A DNA stretch of 64,000 nt from a virus, in IMG/VR virus record IMGVR_UViG_2582581241_000004; one strand, written 5' to 3'. The translations under genes and the position numbers were made by a program. The stretch's first letter is position 1. Each line of letters begins with the position of its first letter. Of this stretch, positions 17,484 through 26,976 are shown one piece after another. The notes beneath the pieces were generated by a model. The model did no database searches. It was not told the DNA's origin and was given only the letters and a program-made list of their open reading frames with translations.

Positions 17484-18146
17484 ATGCCCTACCTCATCGA
17501 AGAAAGATACGGCAACGCGAGGGTGATCCGTTCCTTCGCCTTCGCCACACGCTCGGACGCCGACGCTTTCATAGAGAGCGCGATTCTGTATCTCGACTCC
17601 ATGCGCGGTCTTCCCGGCGCCGCCGAAATTCGCGCCAAGTCGTCGTTCCGCGTCCTTGACGCCGCGCTGCATCCGGAGATCAAACATTTCCTGATGACCG
17701 TGGACATGGCCTTCGAATCCTGGTGCGGCGCATGGCGCACGGACGCCGTCCGCAAGACCACGTTGCTGTTTCCGCCGTCGATCGAGGCTATCATTCGACG
17801 CATTCCGGAAGTCCTGCGTGGGCGTCGGATCGATCTCGACGTCGGACCGGTGGCCTACATAATCGACGGAAAACCCGATAACTACGGCGTCTCGATAGCC
17901 GTGGGGCACATCTACGATCACGACTCTGTGAAGCATTACAGCCGCCCCAAGGACGGCTCGCCGCTGCTGGAGGTCGTCACGCCGCACAACGTCTTCATGG
18001 TCGGGACGCCTGATTTGACGCCGGCGTCGCAGTGGATACAAGACGGCCTGATGACGCGCTGCATCCGCAGTCATCTGATGCCTTTGAAAGGACGCCGCGG
18101 CGGCTATGAAAAGATCGAGAAAAGCCAACTGCAAAGGGTCGTCTGA
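17484..18146 (+). CDS. hypothetical protein
   Basis: 220-aa ORF with GAGGAG RBS. Confidence 0.65.
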   Translation: MPYLIEERYGNARVIRSFAFATRSDADAFIESAILYLDSMRGLPGAAEIRAKSSFRVLDAALHPEIKHFLMTVDMAFESWCGAWRTDAVRKTTLLFPPSIEAIIRRIPEVLRGRRIDLDVGPVAYIIDGKPDNYGVSIAVGHIYDHDSVKHYSRPKDGSPLLEVVTPHNVFMVGTPDLTPASQWIQDGLMTRCIRSHLMPLKGRRGGYEKIEKSQLQRVV

Positions 18147-18490
18147 TGGGCACGGAATATATCACTGAAGAAGAGCTCCTGAAGCTCCTCGACAGGCTCG
18201 CGGACGATCTGACGCTGGACCGGCTGTCGAAGCTGACGGGATCCGGGCTGTCGACCGTCCACGCGGTTCTGCACGGCGACCTCAAGATGAATGACCGTAT
18301 CGCCGGCGCGCTCGGATATCGACGCGTGAGAGTCTGGGAGAAGATCCCAGGCTTCGACGGCTCCGCGCTGATCGACGCGGCGGGGGCGGCTCGGTCGGAA
18401 GCCGAAGTGCTGGCGTATCTCGAGTTGGAGCGCCGGGCGGAACAGACGATACGAGACCAATTGAAGCCGAAGAAGAAGAAGAAGGTGTGA
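18146..18490 (+). CDS. XRE-like HTH protein
   Basis: TLDRLSKLTGSGLSTVHAVLHG; TGATG coupling. Confidence 0.65.
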   Translation: MGTEYITEEELLKLLDRLADDLTLDRLSKLTGSGLSTVHAVLHGDLKMNDRIAGALGYRRVRVWEKIPGFDGSALIDAAGAARSEAEVLAYLELERRAEQTIRDQLKPKKKKKV

Positions 18491-18578
18491 GCGACTCTTT
18501 CTTCTTTCTTGGCTGCATGTGAATTTGAATTCGACGATGCGTGGTTGAGAGTATCGACGTAATCGAGGAGGACGACAC

Positions 18579-19265
18579 ATGCTTGGAAGAATTCTCGCGG
18601 CGATCGGTCGCGCAATGAGAAGCATCGGCAGTGGGATTTGGGAGCCGCTGGAATTCACCTGGGGCGCGGCGACGCACGTCTGGGACGACGTCGGGGACTA
18701 TGTGAAGGCTCCGTTCCGTGCGGCCGGCGCCGTCGCGGGAACCGCAGCGAAAGCGACGGTCGGAATGGTTGCCCTTCCATTCGAGGCCATCGGCGCCGGC
18801 ATGGCGGCCGGGCAGCAGACGTCGTCGACTCCTGCCGTCGCTGCGGCGACCCGGCGAGTCGGCGAACTGGAGCAGGCCGCTGCGGATCGCGAGGCGAGGC
18901 GCGTCGCCCGCGAGGCTGCAAGACCGGTCCCGGCATGGAAGGTCGCCATCGCCGCGTCGAAGGCCGTCCTTGCCGGCGAGACGCCGGAGCCGGCGGCGTC
19001 GCGTCATCTTCCGTTCGAGCAGCGGGCCTGGATCGGCATGATGGATCGTCGGCAGGCGATAATCGTCCGCAACGCGGATCCGATGGACCTCTACAGATTT
19101 TTCGCGGGCACGGGCGAGATCGACGGCTTGAAGCGGCTGACGGCGGAGCAGATCGCCGAAGTCCAAAAGGGCTACGAGAAGGCGGCGAAGATCATGCGGA
19201 CGGAGAAAAGGATCCCGACGCCTGAGGACGTCGCCGACGACGACACGGTTTCCTGCAAGATCTGA
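18579..19265 (+). CDS. hypothetical protein
   Basis: GAGGAGG RBS; followed by a terminator. Confidence 0.7.
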   Translation: MLGRILAAIGRAMRSIGSGIWEPLEFTWGAATHVWDDVGDYVKAPFRAAGAVAGTAAKATVGMVALPFEAIGAGMAAGQQTSSTPAVAAATRRVGELEQAAADREARRVAREAARPVPAWKVAIAASKAVLAGETPEPAASRHLPFEQRAWIGMMDRRQAIIVRNADPMDLYRFFAGTGEIDGLKRLTAEQIAEVQKGYEKAAKIMRTEKRIPTPEDVADDDTVSCKI

Positions 19266-19284
19266 CGCCGACGCCGGAAACGAG

Positions 19285-19313
19285 AAAGCCCCCGACGCCG
19301 GGGGCTTTTTTTT
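19285..19313 (+). terminator. rho-independent terminator (probably bidirectional)
   Basis: AAAGCCCCC-gacgcc-GGGGGCTTT followed by a T run, between convergent genes. Confidence 0.85.
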
Positions 19314-19602
19314 ATGCCGACTTGCGACCGTCCCTTCGTCGCTTGGCCGAGGCGATGGCCATCGCGAAGGCGTCGTCGTCGGCAGCGGCACGGGATTCGT
19401 CCTCCCGGTCGGCGGCGACAATGCGATCGAAGGCGCGCTGGGCGCGGGCTTCGAGCCGGTCGAGTTCACGAAGGGCATGGAGATCGCGAATCTCGCGCTC
19501 ATACGCCTCGCGCTGATCGCGTGCGCCGAGGGCCAAGCCCATCGCCAATCCCCAATTGTCGTTGCGTCCGCCGTTCCACATCGTGTCGTCCTCCGTCTTC
19601 AT
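19312..19602 (-). CDS. hypothetical protein
   Basis: 96-aa ORF converging on the terminator. Confidence 0.55.
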   Translation of the reverse strand: MKTEDDTMWNGGRNDNWGLAMGLALGARDQREAYEREIRDLHALRELDRLEARAQRAFDRIVAADREDESRAAADDDAFAMAIASAKRRRDGRKSA

Positions 19603-19664
19603 TCAGCTATAGCAGCACGAAATTGAGGAAATACCAGGCCGTTCCGGATAATTTTCCGGATCGG

Positions 19665-19761
19665 CGCCGAGGTGTCAACATTGGGGAAAGCCGCACCAAA
19701 TTTTCTCATGCGGCTCGCTCGCGAAGATTGGAATCGTCCGACGCCAAGGTGTCAACATTGG
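19665..19761 (-). repeat. two 20-bp direct repeats containing TTGACA
   Basis: CGCC(G/A)AGGTGTCAACATTGG at 19665-19684 and 19742-19761. Confidence 0.75.
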
Positions 19762-19799
19762 TTTTTTCGAACGCCGTCTCCTTCCGGTCCCATCACATA

Positions 19800-20135
19800 T
19801 TAGGAGACATCCAGCTTCCTCGGCGTCGCCAGCAGGCCGTCCCAGGATCCGTCGCCGACGCGGTGGAGGACGCGGGCGATCTGTTTCCTGCTCTCCCGTG
19901 CGTATCCCGCCTCTTCCAACATCCGCAGCGCGATTTCGACGACCTCGCCGATTTCCGACTTTCGGCGCCACGCCAGCCTGACATCCGATTCATGTCTGTC
20001 GCGCAGGACGACGCCGATCGCCCGGACGAGGAAACTGTCGATGACGCGGGGATCCGCCAGCCCCGCCTCGGCGTCCCTTTCGCGTTTCAGTCTCTGCCGT
20101 CCGCGATCCGATCTCTTTCTCGTTTCATTGCTCAT
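19800..20135 (-). CDS. hypothetical basic protein
   Basis: 111-aa ORF with GGAGGG RBS, downstream of promoter motif copy 5. Confidence 0.65.
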   Translation of the reverse strand: MSNETRKRSDRGRQRLKRERDAEAGLADPRVIDSFLVRAIGVVLRDRHESDVRLAWRRKSEIGEVVEIALRMLEEAGYARESRKQIARVLHRVGDGSWDGLLATPRKLDVS

Positions 20136-20159
20136 CGAAAATCCCTCCGATTCCCAACC

Positions 20160-20187
20160 GGTGAAGGGAATTCATGAAAATCGCAAT
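20160..20187 (-). promoter_or_regulatory. recurrent 28-bp promoter-like motif, copy 5
   Basis: ATTGCG-ATTTTCAT-GAATTCCC-TTCACC. Confidence 0.65.
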
Positions 20188-20530
20188 GCGGATTCGTCAC
20201 GTGAGGCGTCATGCCAAACCGTCATGGCGTCCCCCCATTACCTGCTGCCATTGAAACCTTTTTATCCGCCGCGGTAACGGAAATATCCGCGGGACTCGTG
20301 ACGCCCGGAAACGCCCCTATTTTCGATTTTTCGTCCGCCGTCACGAAAACCGAACCGTCAGGATGGCCCGTAGGACGCCTCGGAGCGATCGACTGGATGA
20401 ATATGACTTCCTGAAATTAGAGGCGCGCCTTGAGGCATCCAGACGCGTTTTATAGGCATTGGCCTTTTCGAGAGTTATCGCAACTACACCGCAACTCGTG
20501 GAGTAGTCGCGAAAACCCTCGAATTCGGCG

Positions 20531-21997
20531 TCACCACCCCTGCCGGTCGTCCTCGTCGTCCTCATCGTCGTCGATATCGAAGGCCTTGCGGCGCGCCTCC
20601 TCGAACATTTTGTCGAAGTGCGGGTCGTATTGGAGGATCGGATGAAACGGCTGCGGGATCGTGTAGCGCGGGACGACGACGCCTTCCCTTTCGAGCCGGT
20701 CGAACCATTCGTCCTCGCTGATTTTGAAAAGGTGCGGCTGCTGGATGCGCTCGAAATTTCTCAACACGAAATCGTAGTCCGGCTCCGTCGTCGGATCCGG
20801 AAACATGTCGGCGCCGCGGCTGCGGGTGATGGGACCGCATGCCCTCCACCGCTCGTCGCGCTCGTCGTCGGTCTCGCCCGCCCGGCGAGTCCATGCGTCG
20901 GGAGACGCCTTGCGCGAAGCCTTCGATGCCGGCTTGGGCGACGGAGGTGCGCTCTTCGGCGCCGGTTCCGGAGACGGCTGTACGGGCGCCGCCGACGACA
21001 GGGGTTGCAGGCGTCTTGGACGGCTGTAAGACGTCCGCTTCGTGGTGGCGACCGGCGGCGCGGTCGGCGTCTCCACGGCGGCGGGTGCGGGTTCAAGGAT
21101 CGGCGTCGCCTCAATCGAATCCGCCGCGCCCGGCTTTTGGAGGCGACGGGGACGGACGGAGGACGCAGCGACCGGAGCGGGCGTCTCGGACGGCGCCGCA
21201 ACGACTGCCCTCCTGATCCTGGGCGGCCTCTTCTTCGTCGCCCGATCCTCCATTCTGATCGTCGGCAGCCCTTCGTGCCGCCAGCGGATCTTGAACGTCG
21301 TCAGGCGGCGCCCGTCGGCGACCCATCTTGACGATACGGCAATGCCGGCCGACGCAAGATCGTTTTCGACGGTTTTGAAGATCACGTTGAAATAGCCGGC
21401 GCGGAATTTTTGCATTTCCAGCCCGAGCAGCTCCGCCACCTCGTCGCGTGCGATGGTGACGATCCTCGCCCCGTCCTCGTCGTCCACGCGCAGCGGCGCC
21501 AGCGACGGATAGTAGGTCCACGCCAGCAGCCGCAGATAGACGGGGACGCTGTAGACGGTCCTGAAGCCCGCGACGGTCCGGATATCGACATGCAGCGGCT
21601 TGACGCGGGGATTGTCGATGCTTTCCGGATGCGCCTCGCGGATGTCGTCGGGGGCGATCTTGAATGACACCTTCTCGGGATCCCGGTTGTCGAAGTAGGC
21701 TCCGACGATGCAGAACGATTCCTCCAACCGCCCGCACATCGGTTCGACGGCCCGCCGATGATCGTGCCCCGACCACTTCAGAAGCTCCGAATTGTCGGTT
21801 TCGACCCACACGTCGTCCTCGATCTCCGCCGGGTCGACACACAAGATGTTGTGTTTTCCGTAGGCCGCCAACATGACGGCGAGATCCTTAGCCGTGACCT
21901 CGAAGCCGGCGCGAGCCGCGTTCTCCGGCATTTTGTAACGCGCCAGCCAGCCGGGATTGAAATCGAACCGAACCGTTGTTTTTTCAGGATTTTCCAT
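20531..21997 (-). CDS. rep: plasmid-type replication initiator (Rep_3-like winged helix) with long low-complexity tail
   Basis: IRTVAGFRTVYSVPVYLRLL and TIARDEVAELLGL..KFRAGYFNVIFKTVENDL resemble the Rep_3 WH2 signature; iterons directly upstream; an alternative start lies at 22060. Confidence 0.7.
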   Translation of the reverse strand: MENPEKTTVRFDFNPGWLARYKMPENAARAGFEVTAKDLAVMLAAYGKHNILCVDPAEIEDDVWVETDNSELLKWSGHDHRRAVEPMCGRLEESFCIVGAYFDNRDPEKVSFKIAPDDIREAHPESIDNPRVKPLHVDIRTVAGFRTVYSVPVYLRLLAWTYYPSLAPLRVDDEDGARIVTIARDEVAELLGLEMQKFRAGYFNVIFKTVENDLASAGIAVSSRWVADGRRLTTFKIRWRHEGLPTIRMEDRATKKRPPRIRRAVVAAPSETPAPVAASSVRPRRLQKPGAADSIEATPILEPAPAAVETPTAPPVATTKRTSYSRPRRLQPLSSAAPVQPSPEPAPKSAPPSPKPASKASRKASPDAWTRRAGETDDERDERWRACGPITRSRGADMFPDPTTEPDYDFVLRNFERIQQPHLFKISEDEWFDRLEREGVVVPRYTIPQPFHPILQYDPHFDKMFEEARRKAFDIDDDEDDEDDRQGW

Positions 21998-22019
21998 TTT
22001 GCCGGCCCCGCCATGATAC

Positions 22020-22554
22020 AGCAATGCCGGTATATTATACGGCAATACCGGTTCAAACAAGCCGAAAGTGGCGGAAATCCTGTATTGTACGGCAATGCCG
22101 GTTGATTGGCGGCTACCGGCATTGCCTTACGATCACCGGTATTGCCTGTCCATACCGGCATTGCCTTTTCACCACTTTTTTCTGTGGAATTGTCCAAAAG
22201 CCATATGGGACGCCGCATTCGCGGCTTTTGCCGGGAGGGAATGGTAAGGCAATGCCGGCTATATAGTACTTATAAGAATCTTGATATCTTAAAGAATATA
22301 AGATTCACGCGGGATTCCATTCCTGCAATCTAAAAACGGTAGATCCATGGTTGGGCGGCGCCGACCCCTTCCGCACCGGCCTCCAAAAGGCATATGCCGC
22401 GAAAAACGATTCTTTGGCCCATAGGCGTGATTTCAGGTGGCCGCCACGGGGAATTCCGCTCTGAAGTGGCTGGAGGCATTTCTAGGCCTATCCAGACGCT
22501 TTTTCGACGGGGTGGCAAAATTCGGAATTCCGGGCGATGGACAGGCAATGCCGT
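22020..22554. other. iteron-type replication origin
   Basis: eight copies of GGCAATGCCGG (0-1 mismatch) at 22020, 22041, 22091, 22248, 22544 (+) and 22116, 22136, 22155 (-); AT-rich tract at 22261-22305. Confidence 0.8.
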
Positions 22555-22655
22555 TTTCGGCCGACCTACTACATATAGTATTCCGCCCCTCAGACGGCCC
22601 CATCGATCCGGTCGGCGCCCGAGGCCGATTTTCCCGTCCTTGAGGTGCGCGAAAG

Positions 22656-22931
22656 TCATGACCGTTCCCTGCCGGCGCCCTGCCCTGTCGCCGTCCCTCG
22701 GCGCGCCCGCGCCCGATCGCGCAGCCTGGCGGCGAGCCGTCCCTCCTGCTCCTCGATCAGAGCCGTCGGAACGCCGAGTTCGATGAAGCGCGCAAGCCGC
22801 CGCGCCGACCACTGGAGGAGGACGAGCGATCTCTCCTCCGCCGGTATCGCGGCGATCACGCGCTCGACATCCGCGGCGACGCGCATGACGGCGCCCTCGA
22901 AATCATTTTTGAAATCGTCGATCCCGATCAC
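22656..22931 (-). CDS. hypothetical protein
   Basis: GTG start with GGGAGG RBS. Confidence 0.5.
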   Translation of the reverse strand: MIGIDDFKNDFEGAVMRVAADVERVIAAIPAEERSLVLLQWSARRLARFIELGVPTALIEEQEGRLAARLRDRARARRGTATGQGAGRERS

Positions 22932-23141
22932 ATTCGAATCCTCCCAAGGTGCAAGCGAACCGGCGCCGAAAAAAGCGGAAGCGAAAAATCCCGCCGCCCC
23001 GCTTGACGTTCGCACCGGCATGACTCAGGATTCCAATGTCGCCGCGGATCACCAGTCCCGGCGCGTCATCGTCCTGGCCATCGAGGCGGCACCCTCGATG
23101 GCCTTCTTTTTTTTGCGATGTTAACGATTTGAAAAATTGCG

Positions 23142-23169
23142 CTTTGAATTTTCGCGCCGCGGATTCATT
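23142..23169 (+). promoter_or_regulatory. recurrent 28-bp promoter-like motif, copy 6
   Basis: CTTTGA-ATTTTCGC-GCCGCGGA-TTCATT then CGTCGAAAT. Confidence 0.7.
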
Positions 23170-23265
23170 CGTCGAAATTGTCGAGCCCTTCCGAGTGGAG
23201 TCGACGAGTGGGTGGCGTACCCGGCGGCTTGGAAACTCGCCGCCGGGGGAGTTTCAGGCAAACAC

Positions 23266-23667
23266 GTGCCGGCAATCGAGAACGCATACAAATCGCATCT
23301 TATCGCGGTGATCCGTGAATTCGCACGGGGCTATGACCGCACGATTGCGACGGTGCTTCTCAAGAGCCCCGTGCGGAACGCGCACCTCCTGAAGCGGCTC
23401 GAAGCCGGAGGCGACATCACGCTTCGCAGTTACGACCGCGCAATCGAATATTTCTCGGAACATTGGCCACCCGGCGTCGAATGGCCGCGCATGCCGAAAA
23501 TCGTGCACGTCGTCCCGAGAGAAGATCTCGACATAACGCCGCCGCCGGTTCCCCGTCCCAGGAATCCGAATCTCGATCCGGAAATCCTCATCGTCCAGTC
23601 GCAACGCGCCAGGGGCGGAAGGACGTTGAAGCGCCGTCCTCGCCACACGCCCGAAAAGGAGACGTGA
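23266..23667 (+). CDS. small putative DNA-binding phage protein
   Basis: LKRLEAGGDITLRSYDRAIEYFSEHWP.GVEWP, a motif typical of alphaproteobacterial prophage proteins. Confidence 0.65.
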   Translation: MPAIENAYKSHLIAVIREFARGYDRTIATVLLKSPVRNAHLLKRLEAGGDITLRSYDRAIEYFSEHWPPGVEWPRMPKIVHVVPREDLDITPPPVPRPRNPNLDPEILIVQSQRARGGRTLKRRPRHTPEKET

Positions 23668-23669
23668 GG

Positions 23670-23906
23670 ATGGAAGCACCCGTCGTCGCCCCGGAGGATT
23701 TCAAGCGCGATCTCGCAAAGCGGCTTCAAAACCATTTCGCGTTCCGCGCCGACGCGATCGGAATCGAAGAGCTCGCTACCGGCCGCTGCGCGTGGCCGCT
23801 CGGAGAATCGGGAACGGAGGAGTTCGGCTATTGCGGCGCCGCGACCTCCAATGGCCGGACATATTGCGCGCACCATCATGGCGTCGCCTATAGGAAACCC
23901 GCATGA
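23670..23906 (+). CDS. stand-alone GcrA C-terminal domain protein
   Basis: IEELATGRCAWPLGE.G..EFGYCGA....RTYCAHH..VAY without the N-terminal HTH. Confidence 0.75.
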   Translation: MEAPVVAPEDFKRDLAKRLQNHFAFRADAIGIEELATGRCAWPLGESGTEEFGYCGAATSNGRTYCAHHHGVAYRKPA

Positions 23907-24742
23907 TAACGGATGGCGGTCTTCGAATAGAACTCCTGTCCGATCGCGTCCACGCGCGCATCGACGGCGTGCAGCGACGGATAGGAAATCCCGCGTGGCG
24001 GATTCTGTCCGCGCTCGACGAGGACTGGCCGCTTCCGCTGAAGACGACGGAAATCGCCGAAGCTTGCGACGTGAAAACCAAGGTATTCGCGAAATTCGTC
24101 GATTATGCGAGGGAGACTTTGACGCCTCTCGGCATCACGCTGCACTACGAACGCGCCACCGGCTACGACTTGCACGGCGTCGAGGATCTCTCGCACGCGG
24201 ACGACGAGACGAACGATATCGACCTGGAGGACGACGCCGAGGACGCCGTCTGCATCGACGCCTGCGACGCGCATCTTCAGGATCTTCGTGCCGACAGCAT
24301 CGTCACAAGGCTGGAAGCCGCGGCGGCCGACGGGACGGAAGTCGTTCTGGAGACCTCGTTCGCCAGGGACTTCATCGCCCACCTCGCCGAGCGCGACGCC
24401 GCAGCGGCGGCCCTTCTCGAAAAAATCGGGAGACTCGAACGCGAAGCGGCGTCTCTGCGAGACCGGCTGGCGCGGGCGTTGGACGGCGACGCCTATCGCT
24501 GGATCGAGGCGATCGAGATGGACGAGGAAGCCCGCGCCGACGATGCCGAGGCGCGCCGTCTCGCCGATATCGAGGCCGCACTGCGCGAGGAAGCCGACGC
24601 GAAAATCGAGGAGGTCAAGACCGCGACGGAGACGAGCCTGCGGGCCGAATTCTCGCGGACGATGGCGACGAAGCTCTCCGAGGCCAAGGCCGCGATGACC
24701 CGGCTGCTTTCGGGATTCGGGGAATCCGACGAGGCCGCGTGA
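23903..24742 (+). CDS. winged-helix plus coiled-coil protein
   Basis: N-terminal OmpR-like wHTH (RILSAL..LKTTEIAE..RETLTPLGITL..ERATGYDL) and C-terminal heptads. Confidence 0.6.
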   Translation: MITDGGLRIELLSDRVHARIDGVQRRIGNPAWRILSALDEDWPLPLKTTEIAEACDVKTKVFAKFVDYARETLTPLGITLHYERATGYDLHGVEDLSHADDETNDIDLEDDAEDAVCIDACDAHLQDLRADSIVTRLEAAAADGTEVVLETSFARDFIAHLAERDAAAAALLEKIGRLEREAASLRDRLARALDGDAYRWIEAIEMDEEARADDAEARRLADIEAALREEADAKIEEVKTATETSLRAEFSRTMATKLSEAKAAMTRLLSGFGESDEAA

Positions 24743-24771
24743 GCCGTCGTCGAAAAATGAAGGAGATCATC

Positions 24772-25185
24772 ATGGCGGAAATCAAGGTGAACATCTCGGG
24801 CCCGGTCGGCTCCGGAAAGACGGCGCTGGCGTTCGAAATCGAGAAGGCGCTGCTTGCGATCGGCGTCCCGGTGAGGTTCGATGACGAGCAGGAGATGGCG
24901 GCGGAACGCGGAGTCGTCGAGCCGCTGCCGAACTACGGCGCGTCCGTCGTCATCGAGGAGGCCGTCGTCGATATCGAAGCGGATCGCCGGGCGCAGGAGG
25001 CCATCGACGACGACCCGGCATCCGCTTTGGGTCTCGCGGTCGAGGAGGTCGCCGGCCTGTGCGGATTCCAGGTCGATCTTTGGGAGGCTTCCGACACGCA
25101 GATCAGGGTGACGCTCGGAGCGATTCCGCCGTCGGCGCCGACGGGAACGATACCGGGGCCTAACGGTCTCATTCGGCTGTCGTGA
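24772..25185 (+). CDS. small protein with P-loop (Walker A)
   Basis: VNISGPVGSGKT at the N-terminus; AAGGAG RBS. Confidence 0.6.
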   Translation: MAEIKVNISGPVGSGKTALAFEIEKALLAIGVPVRFDDEQEMAAERGVVEPLPNYGASVVIEEAVVDIEADRRAQEAIDDDPASALGLAVEEVAGLCGFQVDLWEASDTQIRVTLGAIPPSAPTGTIPGPNGLIRLS

Positions 25186-25319
25186 GGCGTCCAGCTATCC
25201 GTCGGACGCGTGGCGGCGAATCTCGTCCGACGGTAGCGTGAATAAGAAGTCCATGCGCGGAGTCATGACTCATCGCCTCTCAAACTGGACATAAATCTCG
25301 GAAGACGTGGAAAAACGGG

Positions 25320-25823
25320 ATGACCGCGAAGGGAAAGAAGGCAAAAAAGCCTGGCAGGTCCGAGGCGAACCGTCCTCGGAATCCACATACTCGCACCCGG
25401 TTTGTTCCGACCGATAAGGACATCCATCAGGTCGAGGCGCTCGCGCAGGTCGGGACTCCGGACATCGAGATCGCGGAATTCATCGGCCTCGACGTGAAGA
25501 CGTTGAAAAAATATTTCGCGAAGGAGCTGAAGGCGAAGTCGGTCGTCGATCAGCAGATCAATCGTCGTCTTGTGCAGATCGCCAGCAAGCCGGCCACCTT
25601 CAAGCGCGGACGGGACGGGAAATACATCCACGACGAGAACGGCAAGCTGATCGAGGAATGGGTCGATCCCTCTCAGATGCGCGCCATCGAATTCTGGAAC
25701 AACATCGTCATGCAACGGGCGGCGAGAAACAAGATCGAGATCGCCGGCAAGGACGGGGCGCCGCTGGAAAACGGCGCGCAAACGGTCATCGTTTTACCGT
25801 CGAACAACAGGGAGTCCTCATGA
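25320..25823 (+). CDS. terS: terminase small subunit
   Basis: HTH EIAEFIGLDVKTLKKYF and C-terminal KIEIAGKDGAPL...VIVLPSNNR typical of TerS. Confidence 0.7.
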   Translation: MTAKGKKAKKPGRSEANRPRNPHTRTRFVPTDKDIHQVEALAQVGTPDIEIAEFIGLDVKTLKKYFAKELKAKSVVDQQINRRLVQIASKPATFKRGRDGKYIHDENGKLIEEWVDPSQMRAIEFWNNIVMQRAARNKIEIAGKDGAPLENGAQTVIVLPSNNRESS

Positions 25824-25943
25824 CCACTGCAAGCCGCCTTCCCTGGAACGACGCCGCGAGCTGATGTTGCGGCGTGCGTCCCTGCGGCGCATAGTCCGGA
25901 CAGCTCAACCACCAGCCGCCGGCGTAAGCGTGGAGTGAGTTCC

Positions 25944-25963
25944 GGGCCCGCTTCGGCGGGTCC
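25944..25963. terminator. GC hairpin between convergent genes
   Basis: GGGCCCGC-TTCG-GCGGGTCC. Confidence 0.55.
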
Positions 25964-25968
25964 AGCCT

Positions 25969-26520
25969 TTATTGGCCGCCCTTGCCGACGTAGACGGGAT
26001 TGCCCACGCTGGTCGCCCTTTTAGCCTCCAGAGCTCTCAGGCTGTTCGCCAACGCCCTCGGCGTATTCGTAAGCCCGAGCACCTCCGCCGTTTTCAGGTC
26101 GACTCCGAAAATGTCATGGAGCTTTTCCGTAGCCCACGTCGCGCAATTGTGCGTCAATCGCCATCCGGTGAATTTTCCGAGCGCCATGACGGCTCGCGAT
26201 TGCTGGCCTTTGTAAAGGCCGTAGTATCTGGATGCGTTCGCGACGTAATGCAGCCTGCGCTCCAGATCGAATTCGACCTCGAATTTTTCGGCGAATTTAT
26301 CGGTGATGCCCGAATTGTGCAGGATATTTCCGGGATCCCTCACGACATGTCGAGGAAATCCGTTTGTTTGGACCTGCCACAGTCCGATCGTGTTGGACCG
26401 TCCGTTTGTATAGTGCATGCTCAGCCATGCATGCCCCCACGTGAGATCGACGGCGCCGGCGGGACGATAGTCGCCTTCCTTCGCATTGTGCCCGGCATGG
26501 ACACCGATTACGCTAAGCAT
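25969..26520 (-). CDS. papain-like (permuted NlpC/P60-type) cysteine hydrolase, accessory gene
   Basis: GHAWLS (His) precedes HNCATW (Cys) and TPRAL; lower GC than flanks. Confidence 0.6.
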   Translation of the reverse strand: MLSVIGVHAGHNAKEGDYRPAGAVDLTWGHAWLSMHYTNGRSNTIGLWQVQTNGFPRHVVRDPGNILHNSGITDKFAEKFEVEFDLERRLHYVANASRYYGLYKGQQSRAVMALGKFTGWRLTHNCATWATEKLHDIFGVDLKTAEVLGLTNTPRALANSLRALEAKRATSVGNPVYVGKGGQ

Positions 26521-26650
26521 AGGAATTCCCTTTAATATATTGCATGCGCGACGCGGCTTCGATGATGAAGTCTAACAAATCCGTCGTCTTTGGCCAGAGC
26601 GCGGGTTGCCTCTCATCGCACGAGCCGACGACGTCGCGGTCGGTCGCAGA

Positions 26651-26935
26651 TCAGTCCCTCTTCGTCTTCGGGCGCCCGAGACGTCTCTTCGTTGGGTCCG
26701 CCGGCGGCAGGTCGCCGGGATCGACGACGGGCGCCGCGCTGCGGATGTAGGCGATTTCGAGTCCGACTGCGTGGGCGAGCTTTTCACTGAGCGGGACGGC
26801 GCCGTCGCAGACTTGCGTGATCATGCCGGGCGTGACGCCGATGGCCTTGGCGAATTTCGAGCGGCCCATTCGGTCGGCGAAGTCCGTGAACAGGGCGACG
26901 GCCTGTTCGCGTGTGAGGATTTCGGGTTTCTTCAT
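26651..26935 (-). CDS. XRE-family HTH regulator (Aca-like)
   Basis: GRSKFAKAIGVTPGMITQVCDG..PLSEKLA; directly downstream of the AcrIF11-like gene. Confidence 0.75.
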   Translation of the reverse strand: MKKPEILTREQAVALFTDFADRMGRSKFAKAIGVTPGMITQVCDGAVPLSEKLAHAVGLEIAYIRSAAPVVDPGDLPPADPTKRRLGRPKTKRD

Positions 26936-26976
26936 TCGGGGTTCCTTTGAGTTTTTCTCTGTGAGTCGGCCTGCGG

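Noticed and set aside
18508-18535. Possible tenth copy of the 28-bp promoter motif (CTTG-N18-TTCGAC)
   Set aside because: Spacing fits, but neither conserved spacer subtype is present and the downstream box differs
24772-25185. P-loop protein as the polynucleotide kinase partner of the RNA ligase
   Set aside because: Only Walker A is visible, the protein is short and it has no phosphatase motif; it cannot be called Pnkp from sequence alone
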